A stretch of 64,000 bases of DNA from an uncultured Candidatus Saccharibacteria bacterium (GCA_964550955.1 CAZKAF010000001.1:174728-238727), one strand, 5' to 3'. Positions 36,801 to 46,031 are shown, numbered from the stretch's first letter. The notes: generated from the letters alone by a model not told the origin. Made by a program: numbers and translations.

Positions 36801-38194
36801 CTCCAGCCTACAAGCTTGATGTCAACGGCGACATCGGCCGTTCCGGCGGCGACTTGGTGATGTACGCCGGCGTGAAAGACAATTCAAGCCTTTGGTTTAG
36901 AACTGGAACGAGCGCGAACTATACGGACGAATTTGTCATAAATGGAGCTGCAAATACCATTTCCCTTGGCGGCAATGATTTGCTGCTTTCTTCAGGAAGG
37001 ATAGGCATTGGCACCACCACGCCAGCGAGCAAACTCCACGTCTTCTCTGGCGAGGCTGGTCCGGTTGTCGCGACCACTACGGCAAGCCTGGTACTCGAGA
37101 GCGCTTCGAGCAATTTCCTTCAGTTCATGAATCCTGGAGCCGCCGCCTCCGGTGTGTTCTTCGGCCACGGCAATAGCGGCGGCACGTACCGCGACGGCGC
37201 AATCCTCTATAACTACGTCGGCCCCTCGAACAGCTTGGCCTTTTACGCGGACGGCGTCGATCCGCGCATGATTATCACGGGCACGGGCAACGTGGGAATC
37301 GGCACCACGACTCCTACCGAAAAGCTCGATGTGGTTGGAGGCATACGAGCATCGAGTCCTTCAGGGAACATCGGCGTATCCGTGCATTATTCCGGGTCTG
37401 GAGGAAGGGAATATCAGTTCTTGTCATGTTCGAATTGCGGCACTGCCAGCCTCGGCGGCCTTGAGGTGTATGACCGCAATGCCAGTGCGGGACGCGCATA
37501 TATCGCGGCGGGAGTGAACGGCTGGCAGACGCCATCCGACCGACGCCTCAAGAAAGATATCGAGACGCTGAGCGTTCTCGACAGGCTTGGCGAAGTTCGG
37601 GGCGCAACGTATGTCTTGCGCGATTCGGACATCAAGCAAATCGGCGTCATCGCTCAGGAAATCAGGGACGCGTTCCCTGAAGCGGTGTCAGGAGAGGAAA
37701 TAGAAGGGCGCTTCCTCGGAGTTTCATATGATGCCATCGCGACTATTGCGCTTCAGGGCGTCAAGGAAATCGCCGATCTTTCAAGCGCCTTCAAGAATCG
37801 TCTGATCGGTTGGTTTGCTGACGCCTCAAACGGAATTGGCAAATTGTTTGTCGGCGAAGTTCGTACCGAAAAGCTATGCGTAGGCGATACGTGCGTCACT
37901 GAAGCCCAGCTCCAGGCGCTCCTTCTCAATGCGAGCCTTTCTCAGGCTCAAGCGTCAGGAGGATCAAGCGCGCCAGCTGCTGAATCAGGCGCTCAAAATG
38001 ACAAGAACGACGCGGGCAAGGAAAAGCCGAAAGATGCGGCCGACAATGCGCCGGCAGCCGGCGGGAAGCCGGATGATTCAGCGCCCGCTGACAAAATTAA
38101 AGATGCCGCCGTCATTTCTCCGCCGGCTGATCCCGTGATTTCAGAAGCCGGGCTCTCGTTGCCGACGACGCCCGAAGCTCCAGTTGAAAATTAG
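33818..38194 (+). CDS. giant secreted fibre/adhesin-like protein (1458 aa) with tail-fibre-type repeats, discoidin-like segment and C-proximal intramolecular-chaperone (peptidase S74-like) domain
   Basis: Signal peptide MKAFFS…LLAQ. At least 10 copies of G(N)VGIGTTTPxxKLxV. Segment KYLVFDFG…FNWQGSNDGNTWTDI…YRYYRILG resembles F5/8 type C. PSDRRLKKDIETLS…GVIAQEIRDAFPEAV…VSYDAIATIALQGVKEI matches the tail-fibre/endosialidase chaperone domain. An Ala/Pro/Asp/Lys-rich tail follows. Confidence 0.8.
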   Translation: MKAFFSYPVRNFAALCLTLGLILAPNASLLAQVGDSSLTFLQRLRCAFNPVLLVVPLPGYCYRVDIADDTSAAASTSESETSALASILQPRGMAAPAAHVPSSAEIPAATTRAEGISSSGQRPVYVTNTLYRTDPDAVTRQQLEQRLQLFKNTLPVTVTATGYSAPTYASYSWTNPPPNMASAEYVNSRVSESFSSLALRIDDIEQNQQGTSSPSQWADGIAGISYTGGNVGIGTTTPPFTLTVAMPSGEQAFFVTSSGAAGNSTANPLDATGVGLTPRRFSWEVPGAGSGWGARFSNAGTGNFKNVLFLSAASTSTFSYILSAESGGVSRFIVKANGRVGINTAAPSSMLDIRAMNGDTDLFSVTSFNNNPSLVVRNTGLVGIGTGNPDARLHVLSAATNAATLVAQATTSQAASVLDVRDSTGISLLNVLPGGNVGMGTASPNHLLEVSHAGTADFLGVGAFFAPNNTTAGYATQLKFGVSNTMGNSAEWRYVHQGSDNNANRIDFGFNGYASPVLSYNKAGNVGIGTTTPAQKLSVAGGMRLTGAFFDGANTSGTAGMVLQTTGTGTQWVATSSLGISGGESSQWTTSGSDIYYDAGKVAVGTTTAWDDFTVSLNGGKRMSMGADSNNYLAWGFTSGGYSSVPSYANAGGTGNRTSLITVSGTLTLAVGAPSRLVNGDISANAAYFTNNESVAGKYLVFDFGVDASKVITEARFYQNPAISQGTFNWQGSNDGNTWTDIGSSFVLGGNTVQTITTLSENTTGYRYYRILGLSGTTNWNSYIHQFEFQIDDFQTATYASGQTYSIDGVSAAGTVALQSSGGSVGIGTVSALSKLDVNGNVSIGSYAGTIAAPVNGLIVSGNVGIGTTTPASKLSVAGSAFIGGDLVATGSITFGNFNMNAVATCGQQYHTFIGSIGDVGGDQCAALNVTQQDTNGNVIYRFGGVGQAWAGEFYANSSLVGMNTKGGIPLSFQIGQTEAMRVATNGNVGIGTTTPAYKLDVNGDIGRSGGDLVMYAGVKDNSSLWFRTGTSANYTDEFVINGAANTISLGGNDLLLSSGRIGIGTTTPASKLHVFSGEAGPVVATTTASLVLESASSNFLQFMNPGAAASGVFFGHGNSGGTYRDGAILYNYVGPSNSLAFYADGVDPRMIITGTGNVGIGTTTPTEKLDVVGGIRASSPSGNIGVSVHYSGSGGREYQFLSCSNCGTASLGGLEVYDRNASAGRAYIAAGVNGWQTPSDRRLKKDIETLSVLDRLGEVRGATYVLRDSDIKQIGVIAQEIRDAFPEAVSGEEIEGRFLGVSYDAIATIALQGVKEIADLSSAFKNRLIGWFADASNGIGKLFVGEVRTEKLCVGDTCVTEAQLQALLLNASLSQAQASGGSSAPAAESGAQNDKNDAGKEKPKDAADNAPAAGGKPDDSAPADKIKDAAVISPPADPVISEAGLSLPTTPEAPVEN

Positions 38195-38308
38195 CCCCCC
38201 TTTTTGTTCATCTTTTTAAATGTTCCCGACAAAAAACGCCTCTCTGTACATGGCGTTTTTTTCTTGCGTATCGATTCGGACAGCTTCAGCCTTAGCCGCC
38301 GGCTTGGC

Positions 38309-38965
38309 TTATCTGGAAAGCCTTCTGTTTTCAAGCGCGCTTCTGAGCGTGTCGCTGTCCGAATACTCGAGCTCCGTTCCAGTTGAAAGTCCGCGCCCAA
38401 GGGTGGTAACTCGCAGTTTCTTTTCTTGAGCAATAGGGTAGAGAAGCGAACTAATGTACTGTGCCGTATGCTCGCCTTCAGGGTTGATACTCGTTGCTAG
38501 AATTATTTCAGACAAACTGTCTTTCTCAGCAAGATTCGCGACTCTTTGCAGGAGTTCCTTCTGCCGGATTTTCTGATCGGGCATGTCGTCCAGGATGGGA
38601 ATGTTGCCGCCGAGGACGAAGTAGACGCCGTTGAATGCCCGGCTCTTTTCAAGCGCCAGCAGGTCTATGTCCTTCGAGACCACCATGAGCACGCTTCGGT
38701 CGCGGTTCTGGTCCTTGCAGATAGAGCATGCGGGCTGAGTTTGGGAAACAAGCTGGGTCTGCCGCTCGTTTTCCGAGACGGCGAAGAACCTGCCGCATTC
38801 GGAGCAGACGCTGGTATGGGCATGAAGATCGGACAAGCTTTTTGTGAATTCCTGAATGTCATTCTTGCTCTGCGTCAGGAGATGATATACGAAGCGCTTG
38901 GCCTGCCGCGGGCCAATTCCTGGAAAATGCCTGAATATTTCTTCTAGTTTGTTGAAAGCGTCCAT
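38309..38965 (-). CDS. recR: recombination protein RecR
   Basis: HhH motif HFPGIGPRQAKRFVYHLL, the C4 zinc finger CSECGRF…CSIC, and a Toprim region. Confidence 0.9.
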   Translation of the reverse strand: MDAFNKLEEIFRHFPGIGPRQAKRFVYHLLTQSKNDIQEFTKSLSDLHAHTSVCSECGRFFAVSENERQTQLVSQTQPACSICKDQNRDRSVLMVVSKDIDLLALEKSRAFNGVYFVLGGNIPILDDMPDQKIRQKELLQRVANLAEKDSLSEIILATSINPEGEHTAQYISSLLYPIAQEKKLRVTTLGRGLSTGTELEYSDSDTLRSALENRRLSR

Positions 38966-39073
38966 GTCGGGTGATTGTCGGGTGTCGAATGATTGTATGA
39001 AAGCGAGGCTTGAAAAGGGGAATGGGGAAATGGCGCAGGGGTGGCGGCGCGAAATGCGCTTGCCGGCCCTGCG

Positions 39074-40498
39074 CTACATGAATGCGTCTCCGAGGTCTCC
39101 GAAGTCGCTCTTGTCCATGGTAAGGAACGTCGTTCGTTCCGGGATGAACTTGAGCTGCACGACGCCCGTAGGCCCGTTTCGGTGCTTTTCGATGAGGATT
39201 TCGGCGATGCCGTCTCTCTGGTCATGCTCCTTGTACCGGTCTTCGCGATGAATGAACATCACCACGTCAGCATCCTGCTCGATGGAGCCCGAATCTCGAA
39301 GGTCGGAGAGCCGGGGCTTTCCTCCTCGCTGCTCGACGGCTCGCGAGAGCTGCGACAGGGCCAGTACCGGCACGTCCATTTCCCTGGCAAGGTGCTTGAG
39401 TCCTCGGGATATCTCCGTGATCTGCTGCACGACGTTGTCGCCCTTGGTCTGAGTCGGAGTAATGAGCTGGAGATAGTCGATGATGATGAGGCCGAGGCCT
39501 TTCTCGGACTTGAGGCGCCTGCACGTGCTTCTGATCTTGATGAGGTTCGTTCCCGCCTGGTCGTCGATGTAGATGGGAGCCTGGCTGAGCTTGTCGATTC
39601 CGTCGCGGAGCTTCACGAAGTCGTCATCCTGAAGCTTTGCAGTTCGAATCTTCCATGAGTCCACATACGATGCCGCGGAGAGCATTCTGGTAGTGAGCTG
39701 ATGCGCGCTCATTTCGAGCGAGAAGATGGCAACCGGCGTCTTGCCGTCGATGGCGGCGTTTCGAGCGAGGTCGAGGGCGAAAGAGGTCTTTCCGACTGAC
39801 GGCCGGGCGGCGAGAATGATGAGGTCGGATTTTTGCAGGCCCGAAAGCTTCGCGTCCAGGTCCCTGAATCCTGTCGGAACTCCTCTCATGGCATCTCCCG
39901 CATGGTGAAGCGTGTCGATCGCTTCCCATGCCTCGTTGAGGGCATCCTTCATCTCGATGAATTTTCGGGTGCTGCCCTTGTTTGCCAGCTCGTATACGTG
40001 CTGTTCGGCCTTGTCGAGGATGTCTTCGAGGTCTCCGGTTTCTTCGAAGCCGAGCTCTGAAAGCTTTTCGGATGCCGAGATGAGCCGTCTCATCATGTAT
40101 TTCTTCTGAACGATTTCCGCGTAATGGACCACGCTCGACGCTGACGGCACGGTATGCACGAGCTCGGCAAGATACGCGGCCCCTCCGGCCTGCTCAAGCA
40201 TGTGCTGCTCTTCGAGCTTCGTCTTGATGGATACGATGTCGATAGGGTCGTTCTTGGTGGCAAGCGCGAGCATTATGTTATAGATGAGCTTGTGCTTCTC
40301 GCTGTAAAAGGACTCAGGGGTGATGATGTCGTTGATGTCGTAGAGCGCGTCCTTTCGAAGCATGACGGAACCGAGCACGGCTTTTTCGGCGTCCAGGCTG
40401 TGCGGCGGCACGCGGAGCTCCTTTTTGAGATTGTAAGGTGATGCGATGATCTGTGCCATGTGTGTACCCATTGTACCCCTCTCCGTATCCGAAGCCAA
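39074..40498 (-). CDS. dnaB: replicative DNA helicase DnaB
   Basis: N-terminal SLDAEKAVLGSVM, Walker A ARPSVGKTSFAL, and the RecA-like C-terminus. Confidence 0.9.
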   Translation of the reverse strand: MASDTERGTMGTHMAQIIASPYNLKKELRVPPHSLDAEKAVLGSVMLRKDALYDINDIITPESFYSEKHKLIYNIMLALATKNDPIDIVSIKTKLEEQHMLEQAGGAAYLAELVHTVPSASSVVHYAEIVQKKYMMRRLISASEKLSELGFEETGDLEDILDKAEQHVYELANKGSTRKFIEMKDALNEAWEAIDTLHHAGDAMRGVPTGFRDLDAKLSGLQKSDLIILAARPSVGKTSFALDLARNAAIDGKTPVAIFSLEMSAHQLTTRMLSAASYVDSWKIRTAKLQDDDFVKLRDGIDKLSQAPIYIDDQAGTNLIKIRSTCRRLKSEKGLGLIIIDYLQLITPTQTKGDNVVQQITEISRGLKHLAREMDVPVLALSQLSRAVEQRGGKPRLSDLRDSGSIEQDADVVMFIHREDRYKEHDQRDGIAEILIEKHRNGPTGVVQLKFIPERTTFLTMDKSDFGDLGDAFM

Positions 40499-40533
40499 GA
40501 TAAAAAAGCTCTAAAACGTTGTACAAGCTGTGC

Positions 40534-41109
40534 CTAAGTTGTGGATAACAAGACGTTCTTTATATATATGCTTATTTTTGAGGCGATATAGCTGAGGACG
40601 ATGAACGAGAGGCTGAAAACGAGAATATTTTCCGAGATAAGCGTCAAGAGCCTTCCTTGCTCCTGATTTGCTGAACTCAGGATGATGATGAAAATCCAGG
40701 CCATGCTGGAATACGACGCCGTCGATGCGAGGGAGTTCTGATGAAAGGCGAAATGAGGGGACAGGTGGCTGTATTCGTACTGATGCCTGACAAGCGAGGG
40801 GATATGAATCTTTCTCAAGGTAAGTCCCGTCACGAGCGCGAGGAAGTACAGCGCGAGCTCGAGGCCCGTTATGGCCAAATTGGGAACTATCTGCTGCTCG
40901 AGCGACAGCCCGACCATTAATATGAACGAGACCAGGCTCAAGATGGTCGCGCTCAGGGAAAGAAGGCTTATTCGCGAGAGGGCGAGGATCTCATGCTTCT
41001 TGAGCTGGTGGTCTTTCAGGCAGAGCAGGAAGAAGGAATTGAATATGAACGCGCCTCCTGCGCCCACGCATAGACCGACGATTTCAAATACTTTCAAAAG
41101 AAGCTCCAT
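40534..41109 (-). CDS. hypothetical membrane protein
   Basis: 191 aa with 5-6 hydrophobic helices. Confidence 0.5.
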   Translation of the reverse strand: MELLLKVFEIVGLCVGAGGAFIFNSFFLLCLKDHQLKKHEILALSRISLLSLSATILSLVSFILMVGLSLEQQIVPNLAITGLELALYFLALVTGLTLRKIHIPSLVRHQYEYSHLSPHFAFHQNSLASTASYSSMAWIFIIILSSANQEQGRLLTLISENILVFSLSFIVLSYIASKISIYIKNVLLSTT

Positions 41110-41120
41110 GTCGCATCTAA

Positions 41121-42647
41121 TTATACCTTAAATATCCGCTGGTCATCGGAGTTATCGACAACCTCGTATCCGAGCGCCTTGAGCTGGTCCCGGAGATCAT
41201 CGGATCTTTTCCAATCTTTCCGTTCCCGGGCGCTTTTTCTTTCTTCGACGAGCTGCCGAATGTCCGACGGAAGATCGCCGTCGGCAAGGGCTGCCTTGGC
41301 GGCCGCATTCTCCTCGATCCATTCTTTCAATCTTAATCCGAAGACCCGGTCGAAATCGATGATCGTCGCAAGCTTGGACTCGTCTGAAACGCTCTTGTCT
41401 TTCAGGAGATTCCAGGCGAGGGCGAGCGCTTTTGAAACGTTCAGGTCGTCGTAAAGCGATTTTTCGAATTCGGATTTGCATGCGAGGTCAATCGTTCCGC
41501 CAAAAGAACCTGCCTTGATCCAAAGTTCCCGCAGCGATTCCCGAAGCCTGCTTAAGGCTGTCTCGGCTCCGGAGAGCGATTCCTCGGTGAAATTGATCTG
41601 CGTTCGGTAATGGGCTGTCAGGAGCCAGTATCGGTAGGCGAGCGGCTGTATGTTCTTTTCCTTGAGCACCGGAAGGGTAAAGAAGTTGCCGGCGGATTTG
41701 GCCATCTTCTTGCTGTCCACGTTCAGGAATCCTGCATGAAGCCAGGCGTTGACGAACGTCTTTCCCGTCACGCCTTCTGACTGCGCGATTTCGTTCGTAT
41801 GATGGGGGAATATGAGGTCGCTTGCGCCGGTGTGAATGTCTATGGTCGGTCCGAGGGCTTTCATGGCCATGGCCGAGCATTCGATGTGCCAGCCCGGCCG
41901 GCCTTTTCCGAAGGGCGTATCCCAGGACACGTCGCCGTCTTCTTCGGCATGAAATTTCCATAAAGCAAAATCCTGGGCATTTTCTTTGTCGTATTCGTCA
42001 ACTTTTATGCGGTGGCCTTTTTCGCCGGCATTGTCAGCGTCTTCAGGGCAATCCTGGCACGAGCTCATGTCCAAGCGGGCGAGAGTTCCGTATCCGGGAG
42101 ATTTTTTGATGGAAAAATAAATGCCGTCCGCAGTCTTGTACGCGATTTCCTTCTTCAGCAAGTCTTCGATGAGCAGTATCATGTCCGGAACGCTTTCCGT
42201 CGCTCGCGGCATTCCCGTAGGCTTTTTAATATTCAACTCATCCAGCTCCGACTTGAATATCTCCTCGTATTTTCTGGTGAATTCCGAAAGGCTCATTCCG
42301 CTCTGCCTGCTTCCTCGTATCGTCTTGTCGTCCACGTCCGTTATGTTCATGACCTGATGCACCGAGTAGCCCGCATACTCGAAAACTCTCCGAAGAACGT
42401 CGCCGAAAACGTATGTGCGGAAATTTCCTATGTGAGCGTAGTTATAGACAGTCGGTCCGCAGTTATAAATGGAGACTTTGCCCGCCTGGAGAGGCTTGAA
42501 AAGCTCCTTCTCGCCGGTCAGGGTATTGTGAAGAAATATGCTTGGCGGGACAGCGTCTCCGGATTCGTTCGTGTGAGTCATATGCATTAGAGTATATCGC
42601 ATATTTTTATTTGACCCAATTGGGGTTCTTTGAGATACTTGATGCAT
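41121..42647 (-). CDS. cysS: cysteinyl-tRNA synthetase
   Basis: HIGH motif CGPTVYNYAHIGN and KMSKS-type KMAKSAGN. The true start may be an internal Met. Confidence 0.9.
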   Translation of the reverse strand: MHQVSQRTPIGSNKNMRYTLMHMTHTNESGDAVPPSIFLHNTLTGEKELFKPLQAGKVSIYNCGPTVYNYAHIGNFRTYVFGDVLRRVFEYAGYSVHQVMNITDVDDKTIRGSRQSGMSLSEFTRKYEEIFKSELDELNIKKPTGMPRATESVPDMILLIEDLLKKEIAYKTADGIYFSIKKSPGYGTLARLDMSSCQDCPEDADNAGEKGHRIKVDEYDKENAQDFALWKFHAEEDGDVSWDTPFGKGRPGWHIECSAMAMKALGPTIDIHTGASDLIFPHHTNEIAQSEGVTGKTFVNAWLHAGFLNVDSKKMAKSAGNFFTLPVLKEKNIQPLAYRYWLLTAHYRTQINFTEESLSGAETALSRLRESLRELWIKAGSFGGTIDLACKSEFEKSLYDDLNVSKALALAWNLLKDKSVSDESKLATIIDFDRVFGLRLKEWIEENAAAKAALADGDLPSDIRQLVEERKSARERKDWKRSDDLRDQLKALGYEVVDNSDDQRIFKV

Positions 42648-42652
42648 ATATT

Positions 42653-43894
42653 ATGGAACAACCTCAATCAAATAAAGCATTATTATCGCTCGGCCTCATC
42701 CTCGTCCTTCTCGGCACGTTTTACTTCGGATTCGTGTCCGGACAGTCCCAAACGGTGGAGGCGAGCAAGTTCCTTCAGGTGGCTCCCGGCATAACGGCGG
42801 AGGGCGCGGCTTCGACTGACGCCGATTTCGCGCTGTTCTGGAAAGTATGGAATCTGGTAGATGAAAAATTTGCCCAGACCAAGGTCGCAAGCACGACGAC
42901 TGACAAGGAGCGGGTATACGGCGCCATCAAGGGCATGGTAGATTCGATGGGCGATCCGTACACGACATTTTTCCCTCCGCAGGAAGCCACGGCATTCGAA
43001 ACTGAAATTGACGGGAATTTCGAGGGCGTGGGCATGGAAATGGGCATCAAGGACGAGGTCCTGACCGTCGTCACTCCGCTCAAGAACTCTCCGGCGGAAC
43101 GGGCCGGCATCAAGAGCGGCGACAAGGTCATTCAGATCAACGGCCAGGTAACTCAGGGCATGTCAATCGAGCAGTCCGTGAAGCTTATCCGGGGCAAAAA
43201 AGGCACTCCGGTGAGCCTTACCGTTGCCAGGGAAGGCGAGTCGGCGCCAATCGAGCTCACGATCGTTCGGGATGTCATCAATATTCCGACCATCGACACG
43301 AAGTTCAATCAGCAGAACGGCATTTTCACCATCAGCCTGTACAACTTCTCGGCGCAGTCGGCATCGCTTTTCAGGAGCGCTCTCCGCGACTTCGTCAATT
43401 CAAAATCAAACAAGCTCATCCTTGATTTGCGAGGCAATCCGGGCGGTTTCCTTGAGGCCGCGGTAGACATGGCGAGCTGGTTCTTGCCGACGGGGAAGGT
43501 CATCGTGAGCGAGAACTACAGCAACGGGGCGGGCGAGGTAGTCGAGCGAAGCAGGGGATACAACATATTCAACAGCAATCTCAAGATGGTCATCCTCGTG
43601 GATGGCGGGTCTGCCTCGGCTTCTGAAATCCTAGCCGGAGCCCTGAGCGAGTACGGCGTGGCGCAGCTGGTCGGCACGAAGACGTTCGGCAAAGGATCCG
43701 TTCAGGAATACATCAAGGTCAATAACGAAACGGCGCTCAAGGTCACTGTCGCGCGATGGCTCACTCCTCAGGGTCGGTCCATCTCGGAAGGCGGCCTCAC
43801 GCCTGACGTGGAGGTCAAATTGACGGCGGAAGACGTGAAGGCAGGAAAAGACCTTCAAATGGAGAAGGCTATCGAAATCCTGTTGAATCAATAG
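42653..43894 (+). CDS. ctpA: C-terminal processing (tail-specific) peptidase, S41 family, with PDZ domain
   Basis: S41 motifs LDLRGNPGGFL and TFGKGSVQ plus a PDZ domain. The ATG at 42653 avoids overlap with cysS. Confidence 0.85.
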   Translation: MEQPQSNKALLSLGLILVLLGTFYFGFVSGQSQTVEASKFLQVAPGITAEGAASTDADFALFWKVWNLVDEKFAQTKVASTTTDKERVYGAIKGMVDSMGDPYTTFFPPQEATAFETEIDGNFEGVGMEMGIKDEVLTVVTPLKNSPAERAGIKSGDKVIQINGQVTQGMSIEQSVKLIRGKKGTPVSLTVAREGESAPIELTIVRDVINIPTIDTKFNQQNGIFTISLYNFSAQSASLFRSALRDFVNSKSNKLILDLRGNPGGFLEAAVDMASWFLPTGKVIVSENYSNGAGEVVERSRGYNIFNSNLKMVILVDGGSASASEILAGALSEYGVAQLVGTKTFGKGSVQEYIKVNNETALKVTVARWLTPQGRSISEGGLTPDVEVKLTAEDVKAGKDLQMEKAIEILLNQ

Positions 43895-43980
43895 CTTTTC
43901 TGTGATAGAGTGCCTAGTACACGTTTTGGAGAGACCCAAACCCCTTTATAACGTTATTATCCAATATTTTATAAAATCTC

Positions 43981-44427
43981 ATGAAAGTAATCCTTCTAAA
44001 ATCAGTGCAGAAAGTCGGCAAGAAGTATGACGTCGTCGAAGTGGCCCCTGGCTACGCGATGAACGCGCTTTTCCCGAAGAATCTCGCTGAAAATGCCACT
44101 CCCAAGGCTATCGCTCGCGTCGCGGTTCTCAAAGAGGCCGAAGAAGCTGAGCGAAAGGTCCGGGAAGACCTCCTTCTCAAGAACTTCAGCGAAATCGGCG
44201 CGGCGAAGATCGAAGTTTCCGGCAAGGCAAACGACAAGGGTCATTTGTTCGCGGGCCTTCACAAGGAAGAGCTCATCTCCGCTCTCAAGGAGCAGGCTCG
44301 ACTCGACATTACTCCTGAATACATCGTTCTTGAAAAGCCAATCAAGGAAATTGGCGAGCACAAGGTGGAAGTCAGGGTTCAAGATAAGACCGCAGAATTT
44401 ACAGTGGTCGTATCCGCAACTGAATAA
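43981..44427 (+). CDS. rplI: 50S ribosomal protein bL9
   Basis: MKVILLKSVQKVGKKYDVVEVAPGYAMN N-terminus, 148 aa. Confidence 0.9.
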   Translation: MKVILLKSVQKVGKKYDVVEVAPGYAMNALFPKNLAENATPKAIARVAVLKEAEEAERKVREDLLLKNFSEIGAAKIEVSGKANDKGHLFAGLHKEELISALKEQARLDITPEYIVLEKPIKEIGEHKVEVRVQDKTAEFTVVVSATE

Positions 44428-44650
44428 TCTCTCGTTTTCCAAGAATAAGACGCTTCGGTAAGGGTCCGCAAAATGCCGTTCAGATAATGCTGGGCGGCAT
44501 TTTGTTTATGCAAAGACGGATGGCATCTCGGGCATGCCGGAGTTTGGAAAATCAAGCCCGGCTTTCATATAGAGCGGACAGCTTGCACGAAAAAACCACC
44601 GTTTCGGGTGGTTTTTTCGTTAGAACCTTAGTTAGATTGAGTGTCGGATC

Positions 44651-44923
44651 TTATTCAACGTGAGCCACTTTCTTCTGATTAACCTTGTTATCAAAAGCTG
44701 TTACTCGCTTTGAACCGTATTTGACCTTTCCTTCCTTGAGAGCAAAGAGGGTATGGTCTTTTCCGAGCCCTACGTTCTTTCCTGGAAGAATCCGAGTGCC
44801 TCGCTGTCGCACGATGATAGCTCCTGCAGAAGCTTTTTCACCGGCATAGAGCTTGATGCCCAGATACTGAGGATTTGAATCTCTGAGGTTTTTTGCTGAA
44901 CCTGCTGCTTTTTTTGTTGCCAT
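44651..44923 (-). CDS. rpmA: 50S ribosomal protein bL27
   Basis: Contains the bL27 motif [11 protein letters not shown]; 90 aa. Confidence 0.9.
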   Translation of the reverse strand: MATKKAAGSAKNLRDSNPQYLGIKLYAGEKASAGAIIVRQRGTRILPGKNVGLGKDHTLFALKEGKVKYGSKRVTAFDNKVNQKKVAHVE

Positions 44924-45050
44924 GGCTTTTTATATTTGTTTTAAGCTTTCTTCAGGTAACCTAATGTATTCTTGATACATTATGAGTAACAGGATATACC
45001 AAAATGGAGCGAGTTAGAGTATAGCGCATCTTTCGAACAATTTCAACCGT

Positions 45051-45266
45051 ATGAATCGATTTAAGCTATATTTTAAACACTTGGCAGGGCAGGGAATCCA
45101 GTTCTGGATATCGCCGCTTTTGGTCTTCCTGTCTCTCTTGCTCATTTTCATGACAGTTTTGGCCCTTGAAATGATTCATGAGCCTTCGAAAATCGAGATT
45201 TTATGCCCTGAAAACTTCAATCAGGAGATAGAAAGGGTGAGGGAGATGATAGAGAATCTGAACTAG
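45051..45266 (+). CDS. possible small membrane protein
   Basis: 71-aa ORF with one hydrophobic helix. Weak call. Confidence 0.3.
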   Translation: MNRFKLYFKHLAGQGIQFWISPLLVFLSLLLIFMTVLALEMIHEPSKIEILCPENFNQEIERVREMIENLN

Positions 45267-45521
45267 CTGTATTATATATTATCATTGCATATATGTCAAT
45301 GTATATTGTCTAATTATATCCTTATTTAAAGCCATATTATTAGGTTCAGGTACTTAGTTTTTGGTCAAAAATCATTGACAAATAGGGGGTAGGGTGCTAT
45401 CCTTATAGGCAAGAAAACACATAACCTGTGTTTTTTAAATTTGTGCAAGCGCATCGCAATCCAGCAATAGACATGCGCATTACCAGTTTAGAAAAAGCTT
45501 ATTTTACAACTCACAATCGGC

Positions 45522-46031
45522 TTGGCAATGCTTGTTTCGGGCATGATGGCGTCAGACACGGCGGCATCGTACCTAAAAGAAGAGTCCATTACCACGCCAG
45601 CAGTTACGGCAACTAGCACGCAGGCAGCGGTAGGCCAGTTGACGGTAGCTGCAACGACTACCAAGCAGTCGGTCAATCCGAATGCCGACATCGAGAGCCA
45701 GGTGCGGGAATATTTCAAAGATATCCCTCTCATGGCCGAAATCGCGTATTGCGAGTCACGATTCAGGCAGTTCGACAAGGACGGCTCGATTTTCCGAGGG
45801 AAGGTAAACAGCAAGGACGTTGGAGCACTCCAGGTCAATGAATATTACCACCTTGAACGATCGAAAAAGCTTGGGTATGACATTCATACTTTGGAAGGGA
45901 ACATGAAGTACTCTCGAATCCTTTATAAGGAAAGCGGAGCGCAGCCATGGAACCCGTCCTCTCCTTGCTGGATGAAGTCCGAAGTGGCGCAAGCCATGTT
46001 CGGGACAAAAGTCCTCGCCGAGAACAAGTAA
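45522..46031 (+). CDS. small lysozyme-like / lytic-transglycosylase (SLT)-like protein
   Basis: IAYCESRFRQF…GALQVN resembles the SLT catalytic region (AESGFN…GLMQI). Hydrophobic N-terminus. Confidence 0.5.
   Translation: MAMLVSGMMASDTAASYLKEESITTPAVTATSTQAAVGQLTVAATTTKQSVNPNADIESQVREYFKDIPLMAEIAYCESRFRQFDKDGSIFRGKVNSKDVGALQVNEYYHLERSKKLGYDIHTLEGNMKYSRILYKESGAQPWNPSSPCWMKSEVAQAMFGTKVLAENK

Noticed and set aside
33818-38194. Periodic nucleotide repeats (GGCAACGTGGG(C/A)AT(A/T)GGCAC(C/G)AC…) that could be mistaken for a CRISPR array or tandem repeat
   Set aside because: They are in frame within one long ORF and encode the GNVGIGTTTP peptide repeat. Spacing is irregular and there are no cas genes.
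42542-42652. ORF-track start of the S41 peptidase at 42542, and of the kinase at 28768 (TTG), lysS at 18937 (TTG), asnB at 50563 and frr at 9822
   Set aside because: The upstream extensions overlap the neighbouring gene (cysS), lie inside a promoter repeat, or precede the obligatory catalytic Cys2 of AsnB. Internal ATGs give canonical N-termini.
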